Assembly (NCBI GenBank): GCA_900659855.1
Contig: CAACVI010000050.1
Coordinates: 85,902-149,901, forward strand
DNA: 64,000 bases
Direction: 5' to 3'
Source of the DNA: Candidatus Desulfarcum epimagneticum
GTDB lineage: Bacteria > Desulfobacterota > Desulfobacteria > Desulfobacterales > CR-1
Shown here: positions 9,986 to 18,149 of the stretch, piece by piece
Layout: each line of letters begins with the position of its first letter
Numbering within the stretch: the first letter of the stretch is position 1
Made by a program: the position numbers and the translations under genes
The notes under the pieces: generated by a model
The model's input: only the letters and a program-made list of their open reading frames with translations
Database searches by the model: none
What the model was told of the DNA's origin: nothing

Positions 9986-10534
9986 ATGAACCCGGACCGG
10001 AATGAGACTGCCCGGGGCCATGACGCCCCGGGGACAGTGAGAATTGTTGGAATCGACCCCGGACTCGCCGCCACAGGGGTGGGCATCGTCCGGGGCTCAG
10101 GCCATCGCATCCAAAGCTGCTCCCACACCTCCATCAGCTCTTCCCCCAAAGACTCCCTTCCGGATCGGCTCAACGTGATTTTTTCGCGCGTCCGGGATAT
10201 CCTGGACGCGGAAAAGCCCCATCTGATGGTCATTGAAGACATATTCTCGAACCGGGCGCACCCCGCTTCGGGGATCACCCTGGGCAAGGTGACCGGCGTC
10301 ATCCTTCTGGCCGGGCGCCGGGCCGGCGTGCCTGTTCTGGAAGTCCCGGCCCGGGAGGCCAAGAAGGTGATCACCGGAAACGGCGCCGCCACCAAGAGCC
10401 AGATGGAGCTTTCGGTCCGGCGCATATTGAGCCTCAAAAAACCCATTCGTCCCCACCACGCCGCGGACGCCATGGGCATGTCCCTCATGGGGTTTTACCG
10501 GTATGGCCCGGCCATCGCTCGCGCGGCGTCCTGA
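9986..10534 (+). CDS. ruvC: Crossover junction endodeoxyribonuclease RuvC
   Basis: It contains RIVGIDPGLAATGVGIV, LMVIEDIF, GNGAATKSQM and HHAADAM. The internal ATG at 9986 (just after the cpoB stop) is preferred to the track start at 9908. Confidence 0.88.
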   Translation: MNPDRNETARGHDAPGTVRIVGIDPGLAATGVGIVRGSGHRIQSCSHTSISSSPKDSLPDRLNVIFSRVRDILDAEKPHLMVIEDIFSNRAHPASGITLGKVTGVILLAGRRAGVPVLEVPAREAKKVITGNGAATKSQMELSVRRILSLKKPIRPHHAADAMGMSLMGFYRYGPAIARAAS

Positions 10535-10584
10535 TCCTGTCCCTCCCTGTTTAACGCTTTTTACCTTCGTCGCCTGTTTTGTCC

Positions 10585-10626
10585 TTGACAGAACAAAATA
10601 ATATCGTTATATTCACATTTAACGAT
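10585..10626 (+). promoter_or_regulatory. Candidate promoter plus dyad operator upstream of the ArsR-family gene
   Basis: TTGACA (10585-10590), a 17-nt spacer, then TATATT (10608-10613). A 7-bp inverted repeat, ATCGTTA (10603-10609) and TAACGAT (10620-10626), straddles the -10 element. Confidence 0.45.
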
Positions 10627-10686
10627 TTACTTTAAAGGAAGGGGCCACCGGGGCGCCTCGAAAACAAGTCAAAAAACGGGAGCGGA

Positions 10687-11034
10687 ATGATGAAGGCGTT
10701 TGTCAGGGTGATGAAGGCGCTGTCGGACCCCAACCGGGTCAAGATGATGAAAATGCTCCAGAGCCGCCCGCTGTGCGTCTGCGAGATCAAAGAGGCGCTG
10801 GGAATCGCCCAGTCCACGGCCAGCAAACATTTAAAAATCCTGGAAGACGCCGATCTGGTCAAAAGCTTTAAAGACGGTTTGTGGGTGAACTATTCCCTTT
10901 CCGACGGGAGCGACTCCCCTTATTCGGCGGGAATGATCGGGAACCTGAAACGCTGGCTGGAAAACGAGCCTGAAATCCGGAAATTGAATGAGACCCTTCC
11001 CGGTATTGACCGTTTCGACATTGTTGGAAAATAA
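10687..11034 (+). CDS. ArsR/SmtB-family transcriptional regulator
   Basis: 115 aa with LSDPNRVKMMKML and a winged HTH region (CVCEIKEALGIAQSTASKHLKILEDADLV). Confidence 0.88.
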   Translation: MMKAFVRVMKALSDPNRVKMMKMLQSRPLCVCEIKEALGIAQSTASKHLKILEDADLVKSFKDGLWVNYSLSDGSDSPYSAGMIGNLKRWLENEPEIRKLNETLPGIDRFDIVGK

Positions 11035-11119
11035 CCCGGAAAAAAATTTTCGCCGCTATATCGTTAAACGGCCATATATACATATAACCATATATATAAC
11101 AGGACAAAGGAGAAAGTCG

Positions 11120-12187
11120 ATGGGCGCTCAAACCGCTTTTTCCCGCCGCATGGGGGAGAGACAATATTTGGCGATGGGGTTGTATGGGATGACGGGGGCC
11201 TTGTGCGTGTGGCTCTGGTGGATGATCTACCACCGGCTGCCGGACCTGTCCCGATGGATGTCCTACGATCTGCTGCCGCTTGAGCCGGGATCCCGCCTGG
11301 GGGATTCCGTGGAGTTTTTTTTGTATGACACCCCGAAGGTCATGATGCTTCTGGTTCTGGTGGTGTTCGGCGTGGGCGTCATCCGGAGTTTTTTCACCCC
11401 GGAGAAAACCCGGGCCTTTCTGTCCGGCAAAAGCGAATTCGCCGGAAACGTCCTGGCCGCGCTTTTGGGGATCGTGACCCCGTTTTGCTCCTGCTCGGCG
11501 GTGCCGCTGTTCATCGGGTTTGTCGCGGCGGGCGTGCCTTTGGGCGTGACCTTTTCTTTTCTGATCGCCGCGCCCATGGTCAATGAGGTGGCCCTGGGGC
11601 TTTTGTACGGCCTTTTGGGATGGAAGGTGGCGGCCATCTACATGGGAACCGGCCTGTTTATCGCCATCGCCGCGGGCTGGACCATTGGCCGCTTAAAACT
11701 TGAAAACCATGTGGAAGACTGGGTGAGTCAGACAAACGCGTCGTCGGCGGCTGTGGAAGAGGAAAAGATGACCTGGCGCGACCGCGTGGGTTACGGATGG
11801 GACGCCGTCAAAGAGATTGTGGGCCGGGTGTGGGTGTTTGTGATCATAGGTATCGCCGCGGGGGCCGGGATCCACGGGTTTGTCCCCGAGGGCGTCATGG
11901 CCGCGATCATGGGCAAGGGGGTCTGGTGGTCGGTCCCCCTGTCGGTTCTCATCGGGATTCCCATGTATTCCAACGCGGCCGGGATCATCCCGGTGGTGGA
12001 GGCGCTTTTGGGAAAAGGCGCGGCGCTGGGCTCAGTCCTGGCTTTTATGATGAGCGTCATCGCCCTGTCTTTCCCCGAGATGGTGATTTTAAGAAAAGTG
12101 TTAAAACCCAGGCTCATCGGCGCCTTTGTGGGCGTGGTGGCCGGCGGGATACTGATGGTGGGGTATTTATTTAACCTGATTTTTTGA
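11120..12187 (+). CDS. Polytopic permease (UPF0718 / ArsP-like family)
   Basis: The start is an internal ATG with the RBS aggagaaagtcg. The protein has many TM segments and the family-typical VTPFCSCSAVPLFIGF motif. This family is frequently found next to the small thioredoxin-like gene that follows. Confidence 0.8.
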   Translation: MGAQTAFSRRMGERQYLAMGLYGMTGALCVWLWWMIYHRLPDLSRWMSYDLLPLEPGSRLGDSVEFFLYDTPKVMMLLVLVVFGVGVIRSFFTPEKTRAFLSGKSEFAGNVLAALLGIVTPFCSCSAVPLFIGFVAAGVPLGVTFSFLIAAPMVNEVALGLLYGLLGWKVAAIYMGTGLFIAIAAGWTIGRLKLENHVEDWVSQTNASSAAVEEEKMTWRDRVGYGWDAVKEIVGRVWVFVIIGIAAGAGIHGFVPEGVMAAIMGKGVWWSVPLSVLIGIPMYSNAAGIIPVVEALLGKGAALGSVLAFMMSVIALSFPEMVILRKVLKPRLIGAFVGVVAGGILMVGYLFNLIF

Positions 12188-12199
12188 AAGGAGGTCGGC

Positions 12200-12433
12200 A
12201 TGGAGATCAAAGTGATGGGGCCGGGCTGCGCCCGATGCGAAAAGGCCGAAAAGGTTGTCCGGGAAGCGGTTGATGAAACCGGCGCGGACGCGACGGTGAA
12301 AAAAGTGACCGATATGATGGAGATCGCCTCATGCGGCGTTTTGGGAACGCCGGCGGTCCTGGTGGACGGAGAGGTCAAGTGCGCGGGAAAGGTTCCCAAA
12401 AAGGCGGATGTCAAAAAATGGCTGAAAGGTTGA
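12200..12433 (+). CDS. Small thioredoxin-fold protein (redox-active disulfide protein 2-like)
   Basis: 77 aa with an N-terminal GPGCARCE redox motif and a GTPAVLVDGE strand. Confidence 0.8.
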   Translation: MEIKVMGPGCARCEKAEKVVREAVDETGADATVKKVTDMMEIASCGVLGTPAVLVDGEVKCAGKVPKKADVKKWLKG

Positions 12434-12437
12434 GGAG

Positions 12438-13157
12438 GTGATGATGGAGTGGAACGGAGGCAGGGCGGGCGCCATAAAAGAAGGATTGAACGCGGGATGG
12501 CCCATCTGCCTGGGGTATCTTCCCATCGGCATGGCCTTCGGGGTTCTGGCGCAGAAGGCGGGGCTGACGACGGTTCAAATCGCCCTGATGTCCATCATGG
12601 TCTTTGCCGGAAGCTCCCAGTTTATCGCGGTCTCCATGCTGGCCGGCGGGGTCTCGGCCTCGGCCATTGTCGCCACCGCCTTTGTGGTCAATTTGCGCCA
12701 TATGCTCATGAGCTCGGCGCTGGCCGTCTATTTGCGGGCCGCCCATCGGGGCCTGCTCGCCCTGTTCGCCTATGGCGTGACGGACGAGAGTTTTGCCGTG
12801 AACATGCCCCGGTTCAAGGCCGGGACCTGGGGCCTGGGAAGGGCGCTGGCGGTAAATCAGTCCGCCAACCTGGTCTGGGTCATCAGCTCCGTGGCGGGCG
12901 GGGTCGGCGGCCGTTTTATCCCCGAAGGGGCGTTCGGCATCGATTATGCCCTCATCGCCATGTTCATCTGCCTGCTCATCTACCAGATCCGGGAATGGAT
13001 TCACCTGTTCACGGCCGTGATCGCCGGCCTGACCGCCGTCGGCCTGGCCCTTGTCATTCCAGGCAGCGGCTATATCGTCATCGCCTCCATCCTGGCCGCC
13101 ACCGCAGGGGTCGTGGCTCAACGCAAAATCGCCGGGAGGGAAACGAACAATGGCTGA
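12438..13157 (+). CDS. azlC: AzlC-family branched-chain amino acid exporter subunit
   Basis: 239 aa with LGYLPIGMAFGVLAQKAGL...MSIMVFAGSSQFIAVSML. Confidence 0.85.
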   Translation: MMMEWNGGRAGAIKEGLNAGWPICLGYLPIGMAFGVLAQKAGLTTVQIALMSIMVFAGSSQFIAVSMLAGGVSASAIVATAFVVNLRHMLMSSALAVYLRAAHRGLLALFAYGVTDESFAVNMPRFKAGTWGLGRALAVNQSANLVWVISSVAGGVGGRFIPEGAFGIDYALIAMFICLLIYQIREWIHLFTAVIAGLTAVGLALVIPGSGYIVIASILAATAGVVAQRKIAGRETNNG

Positions 13158-13491
13158 TTATATGGCGCTTCTTTTGGGCATGGGACTGGCGACCTACCTG
13201 CCCCGCTGGCTGCCCCTGCATTATCTTTCCCGGCGCTCCCTTCCGGAGTGGTTTGTCCAGTGGCTTGATCTGATTCCGGCCGCCATTCTCAGCGCCCTGC
13301 TGCTGCCGGCCCTGATTCTTGACGGGGAGCCCAGACACGTGGACCTTTTGCGGCCCGAGCTGTGGGTCGCTTTGCCGACATTCGCGATCGCCTGGCGGAC
13401 GCGGTCCCTGGGCGGAACGGTGGTGGCGGGAATGCTGATGTTCTGGCTGGCGGGAAAGGTGAATCCGGACTGGTTCGCGTGGGTGGGATAA
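13150..13491 (+). CDS. azlD: AzlD-family branched-chain amino acid exporter subunit
   Basis: The internal ATG at 13150 overlaps the azlC end by 8 nt. The product is a small four-TM protein (MADYMALLLGMGLATYLPRWLPL...). Confidence 0.8.
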   Translation: MADYMALLLGMGLATYLPRWLPLHYLSRRSLPEWFVQWLDLIPAAILSALLLPALILDGEPRHVDLLRPELWVALPTFAIAWRTRSLGGTVVAGMLMFWLAGKVNPDWFAWVG

Positions 13492-13554
13492 AAAACAGGT
13501 TGACAACAAAGCGCCGCCCGTGAGACAATGTCTTACAAAAAAGGAGGCGTGGAT

Positions 13555-13773
13555 ATGGAGACCACACTGACGATTCGTCTGTCCGAGGAGATGAAAAAGT
13601 CCCTGAATGATTTGTGTCAATCAGAGAGAAAGGGGCTCAGCGAGCTGGTGAGGGATTCTTTGGAAAACCACCTGGCGGTTAAGCGTTTCAGGCAGCTGCG
13701 CTCAAAATCTTTGCCTTTCGCGGAGGCGTCCGGTTTTCTCACGGACGAAGACGTGTTTGAGGGACTGACGTGA
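13555..13773 (+). CDS. Ribbon-helix-helix-type antitoxin
   Basis: AGGAGG lies 7 nt upstream of the ATG at 13555. The N-terminus reads METTLTIRLSEEMKKSLNDL. The stop overlaps the GTG start of the PIN gene (GTGA). Confidence 0.7.
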   Translation: METTLTIRLSEEMKKSLNDLCQSERKGLSELVRDSLENHLAVKRFRQLRSKSLPFAEASGFLTDEDVFEGLT

Positions 13774-14189
13774 AAATCGTTTTTGACTCAAATGTCTATA
13801 TCGCGGCTTTCGCGACCCATGGGATTTGTCACCTGCTTTTTGAGAGCGGCATACGCGATCATGATGTGTTCTCAAGCGCTTTTATACTGGGCGAAGTCAA
13901 CGCGAAACTGATTGAAAAAATGAAGCTGCCGGCCAAAACAGTTCATGAGATTATGGACTATTTAAGGGCTCAGACGATTGTGAACCGCCCGAAAATTCAA
14001 TTGTCGGGAATATCCAGAGACCCCGATGACGACAATGTGATTTCTCTGGCGGTGGAAGCCGGGGCCGGGCACATCGTCACCGGCGACAAAGACCTTCTGG
14101 ACCTGAAACGATACCCATCCATCCGCATTGTCTCTCCCAGAATGTTTTCTGAAATTTTGAGGTCTCAAGACATTTATCCGGATGAATAA
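13770..14189 (+). CDS. PIN-domain toxin
   Basis: 139 aa with IVFDSNVYIAA and DPDDDNVISLAVEAGAGHIVTGDKDLL (PIN acidic residues). It is coupled to the upstream RHH gene. Confidence 0.8.
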   Translation: MKIVFDSNVYIAAFATHGICHLLFESGIRDHDVFSSAFILGEVNAKLIEKMKLPAKTVHEIMDYLRAQTIVNRPKIQLSGISRDPDDDNVISLAVEAGAGHIVTGDKDLLDLKRYPSIRIVSPRMFSEILRSQDIYPDE

Positions 14190-14206
14190 TGGGAAGGAGG
14201 ATCACA

Positions 14207-15205
14207 ATGACCCCAGCGCCTGAAAAATATACCGTGACCCGCGCGGAACGATATGTGGGATTCGGAGCGCTGCTGGCGCTGGCGGCGATCGCGTTGGGAT
14301 TCTACACCGTTCAATATCGCTTCAACCCGGCGGTGAGCGCCCGCCAGGCGCTGTCGGAATCATCAGTCGCCACAGATTCGTTCTCCCTGGCGGATCTGGC
14401 GCCCGCCGGAATTGAGCCGTTTTCTCCGCCGGAGCGCTTTGGTCCGGATACGCTGTCCGACAAGATCAACGGAAAGGCGGAGCTCTATTTCAGCGCCGGC
14501 TTCCGGTCTCTGAAGACCCAGCGGTTTGCCCTGACCGCTGATCCGGCCCTCTGGTTTGAAATGTTTGTTTACGATATGGGCGCGGCCCGCGACGCTTTTT
14601 CCGTGTTCAGCATGCAGCGCCGGGGCGATCTGGAGCCCGGCGGCCCCACACCGTTTGCCTATGCCACGCCCAATGGCCGTTTTCTGGCGCGCGGTCGCCA
14701 CTACCTGGAGCTGGTGGGCTCTGAAGCGTCGGATTCCCTGATGGCGGCCGCTGACGAAATGGCGGCCGCTTTTGTTGACCGGATCGGCGCGGATGACGCC
14801 AGGGCGCCGGAGCTGGACTTGTTCCCGGAGGACAACCGGACGCCGGGCAGCCTCTCACTGGTGGCCTCCGACGCTTTCGGCATCACGGGGTTCAACCAGG
14901 TGTTCATGGCTCAATACCGGCAAAATGGGGCTGACATGATCGCCTATGTGGCCCGGCGGGAATCGGCCGCGGCGGCGCAACTGACGGCCGAAACCGTTCG
15001 GGACTTTTATCTTGAGTTCGGCGGCGTGTCCCTGGGCGGGCCGGAAGGCGTCGCCGTCATCGATATTCTGGACACCATCGAGGTCGTGCTTCACCAGGGG
15101 AGGCGCGTGATCGGCGCGCATGAGGCGCCGGACAGGGAAACCGCCCTGGCCCTTGTCGAACGAATCCGGAAACGGCTGCGGGAGATCGGTGATGACGGAT
15201 ATTAA
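14207..15205 (+). CDS. Hypothetical signal-anchored protein (one N-terminal TM helix, roughly 300-aa extracytoplasmic domain)
   Basis: The RBS ggaaggagg precedes the ATG at 14207. The TM segment reads YVGFGALLALAAIALGFYTV. I do not recognise the family. The 3' end overlaps the next gene by 14 nt. Confidence 0.6.
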   Translation: MTPAPEKYTVTRAERYVGFGALLALAAIALGFYTVQYRFNPAVSARQALSESSVATDSFSLADLAPAGIEPFSPPERFGPDTLSDKINGKAELYFSAGFRSLKTQRFALTADPALWFEMFVYDMGAARDAFSVFSMQRRGDLEPGGPTPFAYATPNGRFLARGRHYLELVGSEASDSLMAAADEMAAAFVDRIGADDARAPELDLFPEDNRTPGSLSLVASDAFGITGFNQVFMAQYRQNGADMIAYVARRESAAAAQLTAETVRDFYLEFGGVSLGGPEGVAVIDILDTIEVVLHQGRRVIGAHEAPDRETALALVERIRKRLREIGDDGY

Positions 15206-16166
15206 CCGCAGAGAGTTCATTCGCCGCTCGGTCAAAGCCGGGTTGGTTTCGGCGTCCGCGCTGGTCGCGGGATGGGGGCTGCGCGATACGAATCCTCCGG
15301 CGTTGGAGCCGGCCACCGAGGCGCTTGGCGGCATCCCTGATTTTTCTAAAGCGCCCGGCGCAGGTCCGGCCATGGCCATTGGAAAAGGAACGGATCGGGG
15401 CGATTTGGCGCGACGGACCTTAGGGGCCATGGGGGGGATGAGGCGCTTTGTCCAGCCCGGAGATCGGGTGGTGATAAAGGTCAACGCGGCATTTGCCTCA
15501 CCTCCGGCTATTTCGGCCACCTCTCATCCGGACCTGGTCAAAGAGGTGACGCTTGCATGCGTTCAAGCCGGGGCTTCCGATGTGGTGGTCACCGACAACC
15601 CCATACACGATCCGGCCGGCTGTTTTCGGCTCACCGGGATCGGGGCGGCCGCGGAAGAAGCCGGGGGCCGGGTTGTCCTGCCGGCGGCGGACCTGTTTGC
15701 GAATGTCTCCCTGCCCGGGGCCCGGTTGATCAGGGACTGGCCGGTATTGGTCGGACCGCTGGCCAAGGCGGACCGCCTCATCGGTGTGGCGCCGCTCAAG
15801 GATCATCATCGGAGCGGCGCTTCCATGACCATTAAAAACTGGTACGGCCTTCTGGGCGGCCGCAGAAACGTCTTTCATCAGGACATTCACACCATTATCG
15901 CCGAACTGGCGGCCCTGGCGCGCCCGACCCTGGTGATTTTAGACGCCGTGACCACCATGAGGCGAAACGGTCCCACGGGCGGATCGATATCGGACCTGGA
16001 CGACACAAACACGCTTGTGGCCGGCATTGATCCGGTGGCGGTGGACGCTGTCGGCGCCTGGATTTTAGGACGGGAACTGAGTCAGCTCCCCCATCTTCAG
16101 CAGGCGGCGGACGCCGGCCTGGGCGTTCTCGATTACCGAACCCTCAACCCCGTGGATGTCCCATGA
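15192..16166 (+). CDS. Tat-signal DUF362-like protein
   Basis: The N-terminus (MTDINRREFIRRSVKAGLVSASALVAG) is a twin-arginine signal. The body (VVIKVNAAF...PDLVKEV...VVTDNP...KDHHRSG...LVILDAV) resembles DUF362. The stop overlaps the next ATG (ATGA). Confidence 0.7.
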   Translation: MTDINRREFIRRSVKAGLVSASALVAGWGLRDTNPPALEPATEALGGIPDFSKAPGAGPAMAIGKGTDRGDLARRTLGAMGGMRRFVQPGDRVVIKVNAAFASPPAISATSHPDLVKEVTLACVQAGASDVVVTDNPIHDPAGCFRLTGIGAAAEEAGGRVVLPAADLFANVSLPGARLIRDWPVLVGPLAKADRLIGVAPLKDHHRSGASMTIKNWYGLLGGRRNVFHQDIHTIIAELAALARPTLVILDAVTTMRRNGPTGGSISDLDDTNTLVAGIDPVAVDAVGAWILGRELSQLPHLQQAADAGLGVLDYRTLNPVDVP

Positions 16167-18112
16167 GACTTGTCATTGTAAGACGGATTTGCCAGGCGTT
16201 TTTTCTGCTTTTATTGACCGGCAGCTGCCTTGTCACCACCGTCGGCGACCGGTGGCTCCAACTGCGGGGCTGGCCGGTCAGCTGGCTCCTGGAATTGGAC
16301 CCACTGGTGGGACTGGCCACGGTTTTGACCACAGGGCGCCTTTACAAGGGGCTGCTCTGGGGCGCGGCCATCCTGGCGGCCACCGCTTTGCTGGGCCGTT
16401 TTTTTTGCGGATGGCTCTGCCCCCTGGGAACCCTTCAGCAGATGGTCGGCGCATGGGCCGACAAGCGGCGCGGCAGACGGGCGCGGGCCGCGGGACGGCA
16501 ATCCCATCCCGGCCGGCGGATCAAATACCTGCTGCTGATCGGATTGCTGACCATGGCGGCCGCCGAGCTTGCCCGGCCATTTGTGACCATTGCGTCCGCC
16601 GGTGGCTGGATACCGCCCGGCGCGGCCATTCTGGCGGGTCTGGCCCTGATCCGATGGGGGCGGGCGCGAAGGGAAAATCGTTCATGGACCGTGTCCGCCG
16701 GCCGGACCATGGCCGGCGCCGGATGCCTGGTTCTGGTTTTGGGCGTGATGTTCCCGGGACATCGTCTGCTGACAGCGGGGTTGCAGACCGGGCTTTTAGA
16801 TCCCATCCCCCTGGTCTATCGGTCCGTTTCGCTGGCGGCGCTGCCCCTGCTTTCCCCCGGGGCCGGCGCCATTGTCGTGACCGGCGGATTGCTTACCGGC
16901 GGGGTATTTGTTCTGGTTTTGGCCCTTTCGGCCTGGCGTCCCCGGTTTTACTGCCGGTATATCTGTCCGCTGGGGGCCTTGCTGGGGATCACGGCAAAAT
17001 GGTCTTTGTGGCGGATGGGGCGACGGGACACGGGCGGTGATGAATGCGTCGGCTGCGGGCGATGCGATCATCATTGTGAAGGCGCCTGCGCGCCGGCCGA
17101 TCAGATCCGGTGGGCGGAATGCGTGCTGTGTTACAATTGCCGGGACGACTGCCCGGAGCGGATCCTGGGGTATGCGGCGCTGCCTTCGACCACAGGAGAG
17201 ATCGCCGGGCCGGATTTAAACCGCCGGGCTGTGATCGCCGCCGGGGCCTGCGGCGCGCTCCTTCTGCCTTTGGCCCGTTTGGGGGATCCCCTGGGAGTGG
17301 GGTGGCGACCCGACCTGGTTCGACCGCCGGGAGCGTTGACGGAATCTGAATTTTTGAAGCGATGCGTAAAATGCGGGCAATGCGTCCGGGTCTGCCCGAC
17401 CCGTGTGATACAGCCGGCTATGTTTGAGGCGGGCGTGGAAGGCCTCTGGACGCCTTGTCTTGATTTTCGGCTGGGCCTCAGCGGCTGCCGGCACAACTGC
17501 ATCGCCTGCGGTCATGTCTGCCCCACAGCCGCGATCCGTCCTCTTGAGCTGGATGAGCGGATGGGCCGGGGCCGTTTTGCCGAAGCCGGTCCGATCCGGA
17601 TCGGGACCGCGTTTATGGACCGGGGACGCTGTCTGCCCTGGGCCATGGGAACCCCTTGCATCGTTTGCCAGGAGAACTGCCCGGTGAGCCCCAAGGCCAT
17701 CACTACCCGGACCGTATTGGAACCGGTGGCCGGGCTGGATCGGCTGACGGTGAGCCATGTAAGATCCCGGTCCATTCATTTAAACCTGCCCCCGACCCGC
17801 AGACCTTTGGCCGGCGGGGATTATTTTCTGGTCGGACCCGCGGGGCCGAAAAACGCGCTGCGGATCGTCGGTCATCAGGCGGACCAAATTGAGCTGGAAG
17901 GCGCCCCGGATGTGGCCGGGCTCCGGAAGGACGCGTCGGCCGCCGCGCATGTCCGGCTGCAGCAGCCTTTTGTGGACCCCCATCGATGCGTCGGCTGCGG
18001 CGCCTGTCAGCACGAGTGCCCGGCGCGCGGCCGGGCCGCGATTCGTGTGACCGCCGAAAACGAGACACGAAGCCGGGACCATGCCTTGCTGGCCGGCGCC
18101 GGCATTTCATAA
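16163..18112 (+). CDS. Membrane polyferredoxin: NapH-like N-terminal half fused to a NapG/MauM-like C-terminal half
   Basis: 649 aa. The TM half has the motifs RFFCGWLCPLG and RFYCRYICPLGA. An internal RR-containing hydrophobic segment (LNRRAVIAAGACGALLLPLA) is followed by RPPGALTESEFLKRCVKCGQCVRVCP. There are six Cys-cluster motifs in total. Confidence 0.8.
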   Translation: MRLVIVRRICQAFFLLLLTGSCLVTTVGDRWLQLRGWPVSWLLELDPLVGLATVLTTGRLYKGLLWGAAILAATALLGRFFCGWLCPLGTLQQMVGAWADKRRGRRARAAGRQSHPGRRIKYLLLIGLLTMAAAELARPFVTIASAGGWIPPGAAILAGLALIRWGRARRENRSWTVSAGRTMAGAGCLVLVLGVMFPGHRLLTAGLQTGLLDPIPLVYRSVSLAALPLLSPGAGAIVVTGGLLTGGVFVLVLALSAWRPRFYCRYICPLGALLGITAKWSLWRMGRRDTGGDECVGCGRCDHHCEGACAPADQIRWAECVLCYNCRDDCPERILGYAALPSTTGEIAGPDLNRRAVIAAGACGALLLPLARLGDPLGVGWRPDLVRPPGALTESEFLKRCVKCGQCVRVCPTRVIQPAMFEAGVEGLWTPCLDFRLGLSGCRHNCIACGHVCPTAAIRPLELDERMGRGRFAEAGPIRIGTAFMDRGRCLPWAMGTPCIVCQENCPVSPKAITTRTVLEPVAGLDRLTVSHVRSRSIHLNLPPTRRPLAGGDYFLVGPAGPKNALRIVGHQADQIELEGAPDVAGLRKDASAAAHVRLQQPFVDPHRCVGCGACQHECPARGRAAIRVTAENETRSRDHALLAGAGIS

Positions 18113-18149
18113 AAAGACACCGGCATTCCATAAAAAAAGGAGTGGCATT

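Noticed and set aside
12449-13273. A 274-aa alternative-frame ORF over azlC/azlD
   Set aside because: It is an Arg/Gly/His-rich out-of-frame product. The azlC and azlD frames give proper membrane-protein sequences.
16163-18112. Whether the polyferredoxin could be the missing RnfB
   Set aside because: It lies 37 kb away in a different operon. It has NapH/NapG-type motifs (CGWLCPLG, RPPGAL) and many TM helices, whereas RnfB is a small single-anchor polyferredoxin.
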